Part shown: positions 26,877 to 35,566 of the stretch, piece after piece
Numbering within the stretch: position 1 is the first letter of the stretch
Layout: every line of letters starts with the position of its first letter
IMG/VR virus record: IMGVR_UViG_3300049201_000010
Location: 1 to 38,144 of that record
DNA from: a virus
Lineage: Duplodnaviria; Caudoviricetes
Direction: 5' to 3' (one strand)
DNA: 38,144 nucleotides
Translations under genes and position numbers: made by a program
The notes under the pieces: generated by a model
Databases searched by the model: none
The model's input: only the letters and a program-made list of their open reading frames with translations
What the model was told of the DNA's origin: nothing

Positions 26877-27155
26877 TCAGTAATATCTTTGATGTTCTTG
26901 TTCTCCATTGTCTTGTTGTTCAGGGGTAACTTCTTTAACTATTTTATCGATTTGCGTAATTCCTCGTAACGTCCAATAATGGTTACACTGGGAACACTTT
27001 GCTTCTAGTTTATATGGATTCCCTTCATTTAGAATACCATCATTACGATCAAATTCACCATCAACCTGTTGCCACTCAATGGTTGAATCTTTCCATAATT
27101 CCCTTATAAAAAGATCCTTAGACTTGCAGCGTGGGCATCTTATCTTGGATTTCAT
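26877..27155 (-). CDS. Zn-ribbon protein
   Basis: CPRC...CSQCNHYW. Confidence 0.7.
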   Translation of the reverse strand: MKSKIRCPRCKSKDLFIRELWKDSTIEWQQVDGEFDRNDGILNEGNPYKLEAKCSQCNHYWTLRGITQIDKIVKEVTPEQQDNGEQEHQRYY

Positions 27156-27186
27156 TTGTCTTGTTGCTCTGTAGGGGGTGAAGGAA

Positions 27187-27435
27187 TTATCGTTTGCCTT
27201 TTAAATTGATAGCTGACTCACGGGCTTTCTTCATCTTGATATCAGCTAGTTGCCTAGACTTTAGAAGTGCTTGAGTAAGGTTTCCTTTTAGAAGGCGCAA
27301 CTCATTATGCATGACTGTATCTTCCTCCTTTTCGATCATCTGATCGATGAGGATTATATTGTCCTCTAAAGAGGCATAAATTTCTCCGAGTGTTGGTGTC
27401 AGTTTCATAGATTTTTGTGATAAGGGTGTGACCAA
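27187..27435 (-). CDS. Hypothetical helical protein
   Basis: ORF; start uncertain. Confidence 0.6.
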   Translation of the reverse strand: MVTPLSQKSMKLTPTLGEIYASLEDNIILIDQMIEKEEDTVMHNELRLLKGNLTQALLKSRQLADIKMKKARESAINLKGKR

Positions 27436-27599
27436 TTGTATTCCTCTTTGAAGTTTTCTAAATACCGCTCACTTACCTTTGTTATTATTTCATCTAATTC
27501 GGCGACATTAGCGTAGCAGGTAATTGCCTGTGTCCAACTACTGAAATGGTATTCAATAGCTACTTCTTGTTTAATATCATTTAGTGTTTTACTTTCCAT
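27405..27599 (-). CDS. Hypothetical protein (MESKTLNDIKQEVA)
   Basis: Start refined; member of a local paralog-like set. Confidence 0.6.
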   Translation of the reverse strand: MESKTLNDIKQEVAIEYHFSSWTQAITCYANVAELDEIITKVSERYLENFKEEYNWSHPYHKNL

Positions 27600-27963
27600 T
27601 GTCTTCTGTATTATGGGATGGGTGGAGGGCGGAATCAAGTTCTTCGAGGGCATTTACCGCATTATTAGGATATTGAAAGTCCTTTTGAATGCAGATAAGT
27701 AAGCCTGGTTTAAATCGGATAACATCCTTACACGCCTTCCTCAGTCTTTCGTTTTCTTCCCTAAGTGCTGAGATAGTTTTTTCAAGTAGTTCAATTTGAC
27801 CGTAATAAAATTGTTTTAGTTCTTCTTTAAGCTGGGAGGAATGGAGAGTGGCGTAGAGTTCCATACATTTTACGCATTCCCCATAATCCATTGGGGTTAT
27901 ATCTCCGGCATCCACCGATATTCCAATGGTATCCTTTATAACTTCTCTTGCTGTCTTTTCCAT
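27589..27963 (-). CDS. Hypothetical protein (MEKTARE...MELYA)
   Basis: Start refined; coiled coil. Confidence 0.65.
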   Translation of the reverse strand: MEKTAREVIKDTIGISVDAGDITPMDYGECVKCMELYATLHSSQLKEELKQFYYGQIELLEKTISALREENERLRKACKDVIRFKPGLLICIQKDFQYPNNAVNALEELDSALHPSHNTEDNGK

Positions 27964-27967
27964 GCTG

Positions 27968-28327
27968 TTAAGGGTTAAGGGCTTTCTTACACTTGGCAAT
28001 TATATATTCAATAGAAGGAGAATCATTTTCAGGAGATGTTGACTCGTGGTAGATGTCTATCAGAGTTTTATTCAAACTGCCGATATATGATCTAAGATTA
28101 GACTCACTTTGATTAAAGCACTCAATACCGCGCTCCAATTCCTCAATTCTTTTCCTATCTGCTTCTCGGAGTTTAGAGGCGTAGAGTTCGGCCATTTTTT
28201 CAGCGATATCCTTTCGGATGTAACACATTGAACCGCCAGCACCATCATATTCAGATGTATCTACCGGAAAGTCTTTAGTGCAATATTTGACAGCTTCGTC
28301 TTTAGCTTGTTGTATGGTGTATTCCAT
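27968..28327 (-). CDS. Hypothetical protein (MEYTIQQAK...MAELYA)
   Basis: Start refined; coiled coil. Confidence 0.65.
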   Translation of the reverse strand: MEYTIQQAKDEAVKYCTKDFPVDTSEYDGAGGSMCYIRKDIAEKMAELYASKLREADRKRIEELERGIECFNQSESNLRSYIGSLNKTLIDIYHESTSPENDSPSIEYIIAKCKKALNP

Positions 28328-28329
28328 GA

Positions 28330-28764
28330 CTATCTTTGAGTTAATTGAAGTTGACGTTGAGTATAGAATGAGCAGGGACGTAGAACTATTTCTTTGTCCC
28401 ACTCTAGGAACTTCTCATCTGCACGTGACATGAAGCAGTTAAGGCACACCACGCTATTTTGAAAGTTCGGATGGATAGCCTCTTTCCAAATTTGATCAGG
28501 CACATGAAAGTCTACCTTATGGATCTGACCACACATGGCGCACCATTGGCGAATAGGAATAGACACCTCAGAAGAGAGTTTAATGTTCCTAAGGCGCTGC
28601 AAGAACTTTAAGCCTAAGCCGTGTATTCTCAGGATATTCTCATCCGATAAAGATTGAGCCTCTTCTACGGTTGTAATACCAAGTCCATAAGAGAACCGGT
28701 TACAAACTGTCTTTGTAAAGTAGTTCGATAGCGGAGTTCCTTTAGGGTTAGAGTTTGTTTCCAT
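28330..28764 (-). CDS. RNA polymerase alpha-CTD-like HhH domain fused to Zn finger
   Basis: LGITTVEE..SLSDENILRIHGLGLK resembles alpha-CTD; CAMC...VPDQIW...VCLNCF. Confidence 0.55.
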   Translation of the reverse strand: METNSNPKGTPLSNYFTKTVCNRFSYGLGITTVEEAQSLSDENILRIHGLGLKFLQRLRNIKLSSEVSIPIRQWCAMCGQIHKVDFHVPDQIWKEAIHPNFQNSVVCLNCFMSRADEKFLEWDKEIVLRPCSFYTQRQLQLTQR

Positions 28765-28767
28765 GAC

Positions 28768-29010
28768 TCAGTCGTTATTTGCTCTGTAGTAACCTGGCTT
28801 ATTTGGGGCATCCATAGATGCCCCCCTGTCGATTTCGTTATTAATAGCAACCAAAATATCAACGGTTGTCCATGTGTTATTTGGCTTCATCCATTCCAGG
28901 TGTCGTGTGATCCGATTCAGAAAAAACTTATAATCCTTATAAAACCGCTCGTGTCTTTCGAGGTCGGCGTAGTACCGTTGCCACTCAGGGCTAGTGTTCT
29001 TATTTTCCAT
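28768..29010 (-). CDS. Hypothetical protein
   Basis: Ends in SMDAPNKPGYYRANND. Confidence 0.65.
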   Translation of the reverse strand: MENKNTSPEWQRYYADLERHERFYKDYKFFLNRITRHLEWMKPNNTWTTVDILVAINNEIDRGASMDAPNKPGYYRANND

Positions 29011-29027
29011 GACTCAGAGGTTTTGTT

Positions 29028-29141
29028 CTACTTTCTAAGTGATCTAATTATATCCGCAAATGTGGCCAGTGGAGCAACGATCAGAATAAGAGTCCCCAAC
29101 CATATCCAGAAGCTTGAAAAGATGAATTGAAGTACTTCCAT
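29028..29141 (-). CDS. 37-aa membrane peptide (not in track)
   Basis: MEVLQFIFSSFWIWLGTLILIVAPLATFADIIRSLRK. Confidence 0.55.
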   Translation of the reverse strand: MEVLQFIFSSFWIWLGTLILIVAPLATFADIIRSLRK

Positions 29142-29146
29142 GTTTT

Positions 29147-29305
29147 TTAAATGTTAATCAACCATCCAATAAAAGCCGCTATACCTACGTATATAGGAAG
29201 TGAGATCATTAATGCAATCACCATAGCTTTACACAATCTTTGGCGGTGCTTAGAATCCATTTCCATTTCATCTAAGTGTACTACGTCTTTAGTGTCCTTG
29301 GTCAT
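29147..29305 (-). CDS. 52-aa tail-anchored membrane protein (not in track)
   Basis: MTKDTKDVV...MVIALMISLPIYVGIAAFIGWLINI; ATGA coupled. Confidence 0.55.
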   Translation of the reverse strand: MTKDTKDVVHLDEMEMDSKHRQRLCKAMVIALMISLPIYVGIAAFIGWLINI

Positions 29306-29655
29306 GACAGATTAGTTTTAAGTGCCTCGATATATCCTTCCATCTTTGCGTGGTAGTAGCTATTGAACTCTTTGAAACCCTCCTTATTTTGTTCGTAGTT
29401 CAAATACAATACATTACGCATCCTCTGGCTTTGAGTCTTGCCTTTGAACTCAGGGTCCAGTTTATCAACAGCGTCAACCTCTGACTGGTCGATATGTTTT
29501 TCCTTTATATAGCAGGCAGCGACTTTATTCATTAGGTTGAATAACTCCCCGGCACGAGCTGGGCTTAACTCTTGTGTACAAAGAAGAATTGATATAGTTT
29601 TATCTCGTCTTGTCTTTATGGACTCTATTTGTACTGGCAATAAAAGTCCATTCAT
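29302..29655 (-). CDS. Conserved-type phage protein
   Basis: TQELSP, KTQSQRMRNVLY...YY..KME. Confidence 0.7.
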   Translation of the reverse strand: MNGLLLPVQIESIKTRRDKTISILLCTQELSPARAGELFNLMNKVAACYIKEKHIDQSEVDAVDKLDPEFKGKTQSQRMRNVLYLNYEQNKEGFKEFNSYYHAKMEGYIEALKTNLS

Positions 29656-30119
29656 ATATTTGCTTTTAAATACGCTTTATAAGCATCATCCTCATCTACA
29701 AAATAACCAAGGCCTATTTTTTTACCTTGCTTCGTCATTTGCGCTCTCCATTTTCCTGACTTGCATTTATGCACCCCTGGATATTTAGATGTTTTATTGT
29801 GCCTTTTCGACTTTATGTTGTTATCAGAACAACTCAAGGCTTGTAGATTTTCCAATCGGTTATCTGTCTTAACCTCATTAATATGATCAATTTGCAATGC
29901 GGTTTTACCGTTAAAGGTTTCAAAGATTAATCTAGACACCAAGCAGTATGTTGTTTTTGATCCATTCTGAAGGGCCACCTGTAAGTACCCATTACCTTTT
30001 AAGTATTGGGTCATGATCCTGTTTTTAGATAATCTATTATTAGATCGAATGCGACCTAAACTACTTGCTTCGTAGAATCCTTGGTATCCAGCAATACGTT
30101 TCCAAACTTCGTTATTCAT
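29652..30119 (-). CDS. NUMOD4-HNH-AP2 homing endonuclease
   Basis: EVWKRIAGYQGFYEASSLGRIRS; IDHINEVKTDNRLENL; SKYPGV...KWRA...LGYF. Confidence 0.9.
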   Translation of the reverse strand: MNNEVWKRIAGYQGFYEASSLGRIRSNNRLSKNRIMTQYLKGNGYLQVALQNGSKTTYCLVSRLIFETFNGKTALQIDHINEVKTDNRLENLQALSCSDNNIKSKRHNKTSKYPGVHKCKSGKWRAQMTKQGKKIGLGYFVDEDDAYKAYLKANI

Positions 30120-30598
30120 TTCAATGTGAATTTTAAACCCGTAGTACTTTTCTTTAATGGAGGCCGAATAGTAACAACCTCGCCAGATTGTTCATCAACA
30201 GTTGTCAACGGCTCACGTAAAGACCGTAGGAATGATGCACGATCATTTAGGAGTGACTTCGCCGATTCTACCGCAGCGTGTCTCTGTTCGTACACAGGAT
30301 CGCCACAGGACAGATAATCATATTCGGTTCCAACCTCGGTACGCTGTATCTCAAATCCGTAAGCGTTAAAAGTCTTTTCACTGTACTTTTGGGCCTCGGT
30401 TAACTGTTCACCCCTTGTTCCTTCGTCCACTATCTTAATAACCTTCTCGATCATTTTAAGTGTGGATTTCAAAGCCAGTGGATTTACTAGACCATGCTTA
30501 ACAGATTCAATCAATTGAGCAGAGAATACTTCCACTTGCTGTTTTGATTCTGGGAATAGTTTAACAACTCCCAAGGCTGATGTAGGAAGTTCGTTCAT
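30116..30598 (-). CDS. Conserved-type phage protein (recombination region)
   Basis: GTEYDYLSCGD motif, VDEQSGEV. Confidence 0.65.
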   Translation of the reverse strand: MNELPTSALGVVKLFPESKQQVEVFSAQLIESVKHGLVNPLALKSTLKMIEKVIKIVDEGTRGEQLTEAQKYSEKTFNAYGFEIQRTEVGTEYDYLSCGDPVYEQRHAAVESAKSLLNDRASFLRSLREPLTTVDEQSGEVVTIRPPLKKSTTGLKFTLK

Positions 30599-30984
30599 AC
30601 CTTTGAGGTCATTATTTTGTACATCTTTTCGAATGTGGCATCCATCTGATCAAAGGTTATAACCTTAGCAACCATTAAATCTTTCGTGTATGACATAGCA
30701 AACGATACCATTTGTACCTTTGGGTCTATCGAAGCCTTGCCACCTTTAAACCCGCCTGACTTTTGTTCGGATGGAATGGTTACTTTGAAATACTCCTTTC
30801 CTGTTTGCCCTACTTTCTTTTCTATGTCATACTCGGCCTCCTGACCGACTACGAAGGCACGCTGCTCTTCTGCCTTCGTGCTGTAAAAACCCTTGTCTCC
30901 GTTCTCAAATTCGATGATATAAGATGTCTCGCCGTAGCTGGACTTCTTATCCATTTTGGTGATCTTTGTTACCTTGTTTCTCAT
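30595..30984 (-). CDS. Putative OB-fold ssDNA-binding/recombination protein
   Basis: Beta-rich N-half (IEFENGDKG, FVVGQEAEY), Gly linker, helical C-terminus. Confidence 0.45.
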   Translation of the reverse strand: MRNKVTKITKMDKKSSYGETSYIIEFENGDKGFYSTKAEEQRAFVVGQEAEYDIEKKVGQTGKEYFKVTIPSEQKSGGFKGGKASIDPKVQMVSFAMSYTKDLMVAKVITFDQMDATFEKMYKIMTSKV

Positions 30985-30991
30985 GTCCGTT

Positions 30992-31099
30992 TTACGGTTT
31001 ATAGATTAATGTTCCCCGGAATAGTTTAGCCATCCGGTAGGCTGTTTTAAAGTTGCGTGACATGTGGATCAGTTGTCCACCACTCTTAACCCTCCACAT
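30992..31099 (-). CDS. 35-aa hypothetical protein (not in track)
   Basis: MWRVKSGGQLIHMSRNFKTAYRMAKLFRGTLIYKP; TGATG coupling. Confidence 0.45.
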   Translation of the reverse strand: MWRVKSGGQLIHMSRNFKTAYRMAKLFRGTLIYKP

Positions 31100-31287
31100 C
31101 AGAATATAGAGGTTAGACGCCCTTCTTCAAACTCTATGTCATTAATAGCCTCCCGGATCCGGTCTGCCCACATTTTCAGATCAGAAAGCGTAGCCTCAGC
31201 ATTAGCTTTCTTTGCCCGTTCGTATGCGATGGATACCGCAAATTGAAGGCTTAACAGTTCAGCTTTGGGATAATCAGATAGACACAT
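31099..31287 (-). CDS. Hypothetical protein
   Basis: ORF fits packing. Confidence 0.6.
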   Translation of the reverse strand: MCLSDYPKAELLSLQFAVSIAYERAKKANAEATLSDLKMWADRIREAINDIEFEEGRLTSIF

Positions 31288-31288
31288 A

Positions 31289-31528
31289 TTAATCGCGGTT
31301 AATGGTTCTTAAATCACTTTCATAAACTATCTTGGAAGTAAGATCCAAGCAGTAAGCAGGAAGCCCGTAATGGACTCTTTTCTGTAACACGGTAGCGCAT
31401 TCCCAACCATCCAGGGTCCGGTACAATACGGTATCGCCTACCTTGAATTTAAATTGTACCATTAAAGACTTCATTGCTTCCATCTCTCTTTTAAGTTCTT
31501 CCCGTAATTCAATACTGCTTTTTGTCAT
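31289..31528 (-). CDS. Hypothetical SH3/Tudor-like protein
   Basis: FKFKVGDTVLY...YCL...VYESDL. Confidence 0.6.
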   Translation of the reverse strand: MTKSSIELREELKREMEAMKSLMVQFKFKVGDTVLYRTLDGWECATVLQKRVHYGLPAYCLDLTSKIVYESDLRTINRD

Positions 31529-31652
31529 CGTTCTGTTAGGTTAGTGCCGAATTGATAGATCAAAGTAACACCTAATTTTATTACCTGTCAAGAAATTGTT
31601 TAAATATTTTTAAAATATTTTTATTACTCACTTTATTATCTATATTTGGGGC
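31529..31652. promoter_or_regulatory. Divergent AT-rich control region
   Basis: Rightward TATATTTG at 31641-31648; leftward TTGACA-N17-TTACTTTG; tandem AAATATTTTT between them. Confidence 0.7.
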
Positions 31653-31832
31653 ATGGGACGAAAACGAATATACAACCCTGAAACGTTGGAGGTAGGTGAA
31701 TCCCTTCAATTAAAGCGCAATGTGCGGGAGTTTGCGGATCAGTATGCCTCCCGATTTAGGAAGGACTATCCAGGAAGAGGATTCAAAGTAGAGCGTGACG
31801 GCAATCGGGTCTTAATAAAAAGAATAGCATGA
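31653..31832 (+). CDS. 59-aa small basic putative DNA-binding protein (not in track)
   Basis: MGRKRIYNPETLEVGESLQL...FKVERDGNRVLIKRIA. First gene after the promoter; ATGA coupled to the next gene. Confidence 0.7.
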   Translation: MGRKRIYNPETLEVGESLQLKRNVREFADQYASRFRKDYPGRGFKVERDGNRVLIKRIA

Positions 31833-32062
31833 TCACCAGACCAGGCATACGGCACCGGAATTTAGTAAAGCAGCACCATGACGCTGAAATGCGTACTATT
31901 AACACCATATTGAAGAACGAATTACGCGAACGATGGGAAGAAAACCGGGAGTTGAAAAACCTGTGTGCCTTATTGGACAAAGATTTGCTTAAATTGAAAG
32001 ACCTTGACAGCGCCGAAACGATGACAGCCATCAAGGCATACAAAGCGAAACGTTTTAACTAA
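31829..32062 (+). CDS. Hypothetical coiled-coil protein
   Basis: Coupled ORF. Confidence 0.6.
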   Translation: MITRPGIRHRNLVKQHHDAEMRTINTILKNELRERWEENRELKNLCALLDKDLLKLKDLDSAETMTAIKAYKAKRFN

Positions 32063-32067
32063 TCAAT

Positions 32068-32349
32068 ATGAAGATCTTATTTGCCCTATTCCTAACAGCT
32101 ATTGCGTTCACCACAACAGCCCAGGACATTAAACTTAGGCTACCCTCAGGTAACCAAGCCACAGTCAAGCAATACACGATAGAGGCCCAAACCTCAGAAG
32201 ACAACGTAAACCTAGTTTACCAGGAGGTACGCCGGATCCTGAAATTAGCCAAACCGAAAGGCTTCAGAATCTACGATATATACATTGTAACCCCCCAGGG
32301 TACATATTACGCCAATTACTCGATGCAGAAGAAAATAAGCCGGATATGA
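32068..32349 (+). CDS. Small secreted protein
   Basis: Signal peptide MKILFALFLTAIAFTTTA-Q. Confidence 0.7.
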   Translation: MKILFALFLTAIAFTTTAQDIKLRLPSGNQATVKQYTIEAQTSEDNVNLVYQEVRRILKLAKPKGFRIYDIYIVTPQGTYYANYSMQKKISRI

Positions 32350-32891
32350 GCGCAGGAAGACCTCCCCTATTTTCTAACCCTGAAGACCTCGAAAAAGCAG
32401 TGGCCGAGTATTTCGAATACATCAAGGGTGAAACAAAGGAAGATGAGATTGAAGAAGAGTACGGACCTTTTATAATTGATACAAGCCGCCATGCGACAAG
32501 CAGTGAACCTCAACCAAGAAAGAAACGCACTATCAAACAGGTGACAGAAGTCCGGCCCCCAGAGCCTCCAACTATCACCGGATTAGCCTTGCATCTCGGA
32601 TTTGCAAGCCGACAATCGTTTTATGATTATGAGGAACGAGGTGAATATTCTTACATAATAAAAAACGCCCGACTTCGAGTTGAAAAAGGCTATGAATTAC
32701 GGCTTCATGGGAACAATCCAACCGGGTCAATATTCGCATTAAAGAACATGGGATGGTCAGACAAACAGGAAATAGATCAGAAAACCACCTTTGAGGATAA
32801 GCGCCTGGATCTTTCAAAACTAACGGATGAAGAACTACGAACACTTGCTGAAATCCAACGTAAGAGCGGAACTAGCGAGGCGGAAGTTTAG
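32346..32891 (+). CDS. terS: Terminase small subunit (P22 gp3-like)
   Basis: GRPPLF, YFE, PTITGLALHLGF.SRQS, IFALKN; precedes TerL. Confidence 0.88.
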   Translation: MSAGRPPLFSNPEDLEKAVAEYFEYIKGETKEDEIEEEYGPFIIDTSRHATSSEPQPRKKRTIKQVTEVRPPEPPTITGLALHLGFASRQSFYDYEERGEYSYIIKNARLRVEKGYELRLHGNNPTGSIFALKNMGWSDKQEIDQKTTFEDKRLDLSKLTDEELRTLAEIQRKSGTSEAEV

Positions 32892-34224
32892 GGACTTCAT
32901 CACCTACACCAAGCCTGACTATCAATTTAACTGGCATCACATAAAGCTATGTGATAAACTAGAGCAGTTCGCAAAAGGCACCATACGAAAGTTAATGGTA
33001 TGGATGCCACCGCAACACGGCAAAAGCCAGCTTTGTACCCGTCACTTCCCGGCTTTCCTACTTGGTATTCGACCTAAAACAAAAATTGCGGTTTGCTCTT
33101 ACTCCGCTACCTTAGCTCAATCCTTCAACCGGGACATACAACGGATCATCGACGACATACCTTACCATGATGTCTTCCCAGATACGGTATTAAGTGAATC
33201 CAACGTAACCACGGATGCGCACGGAAGTTACCTCCGGAATGCAGACATATTCGAAACGGTAGGGCATAGGGGTTTTGTTAAGACTGTAGGGGTAGGCGGA
33301 TCTCTCACAGGAACTCCAATAGACGTGGGAATCATAGACGACCCATTCAAAGATCGAGAGGAAGCAATGTCCATCCGGATTCGGGACAAAGTCTATTCTT
33401 GGTTTACTGACGTATTCAGGACCAGGTTGCACAATGATTCACAAGAGCTTATTATCATGACCCGATGGGATGAGGACGACCTATGCGGTAGGATTCTTAA
33501 AACAGAATCAGACTGGGAAGTGGTTGTTTTCCAGGCGATCAAGGAACGTGATATACCCGGCGACCCCCGGCAAATAGGGCAGGCTCTTTGGCCGGAAAGG
33601 CACAGTGTAGAGCGATTAAACGCAATACGCGATACCTCATCCTTTACCTTTTCGTCTCTTTACCAGCAGGAGCCTAAGCCATCCACCGAGGCACTGGTAT
33701 TCCCGGAATGGTCAGAATATGAAGATGAGCCTGATTTTCAGCCTTTATATGGACTTGACTTTGGGTTTTCAAACGACCCTAGCGCCTTACTTCAAGTAAA
33801 GATTCATAAGGATAGTATGTACTTGCGGGAGATGCTTTATACAAAAGGGCTTACTGTACCCGAGTTGGACCAGGCAATGCAATTCAAGATGCCCAAGTAT
33901 TCCCGTATCAGTGCTGATGCTGCCGACCCAAGGACCATTGCAGACTTGAAGAATAGAGGATGGTCAAACATAACACCATCCTTAAAAGGCCCGGATTCCG
34001 TTATAAACGGTATTAACTGGATCAAGGGATTCAAACTATTTATCCACAAGGACAGCCACAATCTAAAGAATGAACTCCTAAACTATCAATGGTTGATGTA
34101 TGGAGGTAAGCCCACCAATATCCCCATTGACAGCCATAACCATTTAATTGATGCCGGTAGGTATACTAAATCGATCCATAGAACATCAGGAGGACTCCAT
34201 GTATCATTCCACAAGCAAAGATAA
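32827..34224 (+). CDS. terL: Terminase large subunit
   Basis: MPPQHGKS (Walker A), IIDDP (Walker B), MTRW, GLDFGFSNDP, NHLIDA.RY. Confidence 0.95.
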   Translation: MKNYEHLLKSNVRAELARRKFRDFITYTKPDYQFNWHHIKLCDKLEQFAKGTIRKLMVWMPPQHGKSQLCTRHFPAFLLGIRPKTKIAVCSYSATLAQSFNRDIQRIIDDIPYHDVFPDTVLSESNVTTDAHGSYLRNADIFETVGHRGFVKTVGVGGSLTGTPIDVGIIDDPFKDREEAMSIRIRDKVYSWFTDVFRTRLHNDSQELIIMTRWDEDDLCGRILKTESDWEVVVFQAIKERDIPGDPRQIGQALWPERHSVERLNAIRDTSSFTFSSLYQQEPKPSTEALVFPEWSEYEDEPDFQPLYGLDFGFSNDPSALLQVKIHKDSMYLREMLYTKGLTVPELDQAMQFKMPKYSRISADAADPRTIADLKNRGWSNITPSLKGPDSVINGINWIKGFKLFIHKDSHNLKNELLNYQWLMYGGKPTNIPIDSHNHLIDAGRYTKSIHRTSGGLHVSFHKQR

Positions 34225-34294
34225 TTCTGACTAAATATTTAGTTAATAACCAAATTCCCGGAACAGTATTTTAAGAAACGAAATAATATTTTGT

Positions 34295-35073
34295 ATGAAG
34301 TTCAAGCTAAACGGAAAACCCCTCAATATACCCACTTCCTGGGATGAGGTAACTTATGGCCAGTACCTACAAATGATCAAACTGGAAAAGGATGACCCGG
34401 CGGCTGTGATTGGAATACTCACCGGGATAGAGCCTGCTGTTGTCCGAAAGGCTCAGATTGTTGGACTGGAACAGATATTAATTGCGGTTCGATTACTCAG
34501 GACGGAAAGCCCTGATTTTACAGGCAAGGTAACCAAGGTAGGTAAGTACACGATCCCGGTGAACGGCAACGGGGAGTTTAATATCAAGTTTGAAAGCTTG
34601 GAGCAGTTTGAAGATATGCGGTCGGTCATGCTGAAGACGGCCAACAACCCCAAATCAATAATAGAATCCTATGGGGAATACGTCGCGATATACCTGCAGA
34701 AGTTTCGGGATGGGGTTTATGATGCGGTTAAAGCTGAGGCGATGATTGAAACAGAAATAAAAGCTATGCCGGCAAAGGAGGTGCTTGCGGCAGGAACTTT
34801 TTTTTTAGTCAAGCTACTGAATTTATTGCCTGGCACCGCAGCCAGCTCCCTCCCTACGAACCCACCCCCGAACAAAGTAATTGGGAAGCGTTCCAAGAAA
34901 AATTCAAAGGGTCGTACTCGGCGGTAGATCGAGTTTCCCGGACCCTTAATATCCCAGAGGATGACCTTTATACTAAGTGGTCGGCACAAAGATTCTGGTT
35001 TAAACAGATATACTTAGCCTGGGAAAGTCACTATCAGGCAGAGGATAATAAGCGAATTATGAAAGGAAAATAA
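34295..35073 (+). CDS. Tail assembly chaperone pair (34295..34927 plus -1 frameshift product to 35073)
   Basis: IPTSWDEVTYGQY start; T9 slippery run at 34798-34806; the -1 frame stays open to TAA 35073. Confidence 0.7.
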
Positions 35074-35081
35074 TATATTTG
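35074..35081 (+). promoter_or_regulatory. -7 element TATATTTG
   Basis: Exact consensus, 5 nt before ATG 35087. Confidence 0.5.
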
Positions 35082-35086
35082 ATACC

Positions 35087-35566
35087 ATGAGTCACCGTAG
35101 CGTCAGGCTATTCATCGAGAACACCGCTAAATCCCTGGCGGATAATATCAATTTTACCTACGCCCGGACCTCAGACTTCAATGTCATCCGGGATAAGAAA
35201 TTCCCATACATTGTTCTGGATCCGCTTACTGCTACCCCGGCATATTCTGTGGATGGAGTGTCGAATTACAGTAAAGCCTGGACGTGTAATATGGCCTTCT
35301 ACCAACTGGACACGTCCGGTTCCACAGGCGAACAGTACGCAAAAATCCTGGATGATATGGACCTTTTGGTGGATAGGTTTATTAATAAACTGAACACGTA
35401 TTCAACCCTTTCGGACAGCGTGTTGATTGAGTCCATCTCCCAACAGCCTTTTATAAAAGCCACGGCCGATATATTGACGGGGTACTTTTTAACCTTTACT
35501 TTAGTGGTTGCTGATGACTTTGAGTATTGCGATATTGATTGCCGAATAGAATCGAATGACTGCTGA
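35087..35566 (+). CDS. Tail terminator/completion-like protein
   Basis: KFPYIVL, central helix, LTGYFLTFTL end strand; size and context. Confidence 0.6.
   Translation: MSHRSVRLFIENTAKSLADNINFTYARTSDFNVIRDKKFPYIVLDPLTATPAYSVDGVSNYSKAWTCNMAFYQLDTSGSTGEQYAKILDDMDLLVDRFINKLNTYSTLSDSVLIESISQQPFIKATADILTGYFLTFTLVVADDFEYCDIDCRIESNDC

Noticed and set aside
31063-31081. Inverted DnaA-box-like pair TGTGGATCA / TTGTCCACC
   Set aside because: One and two mismatches, only one pair, and it lies within a plausible coupled 35-aa ORF.
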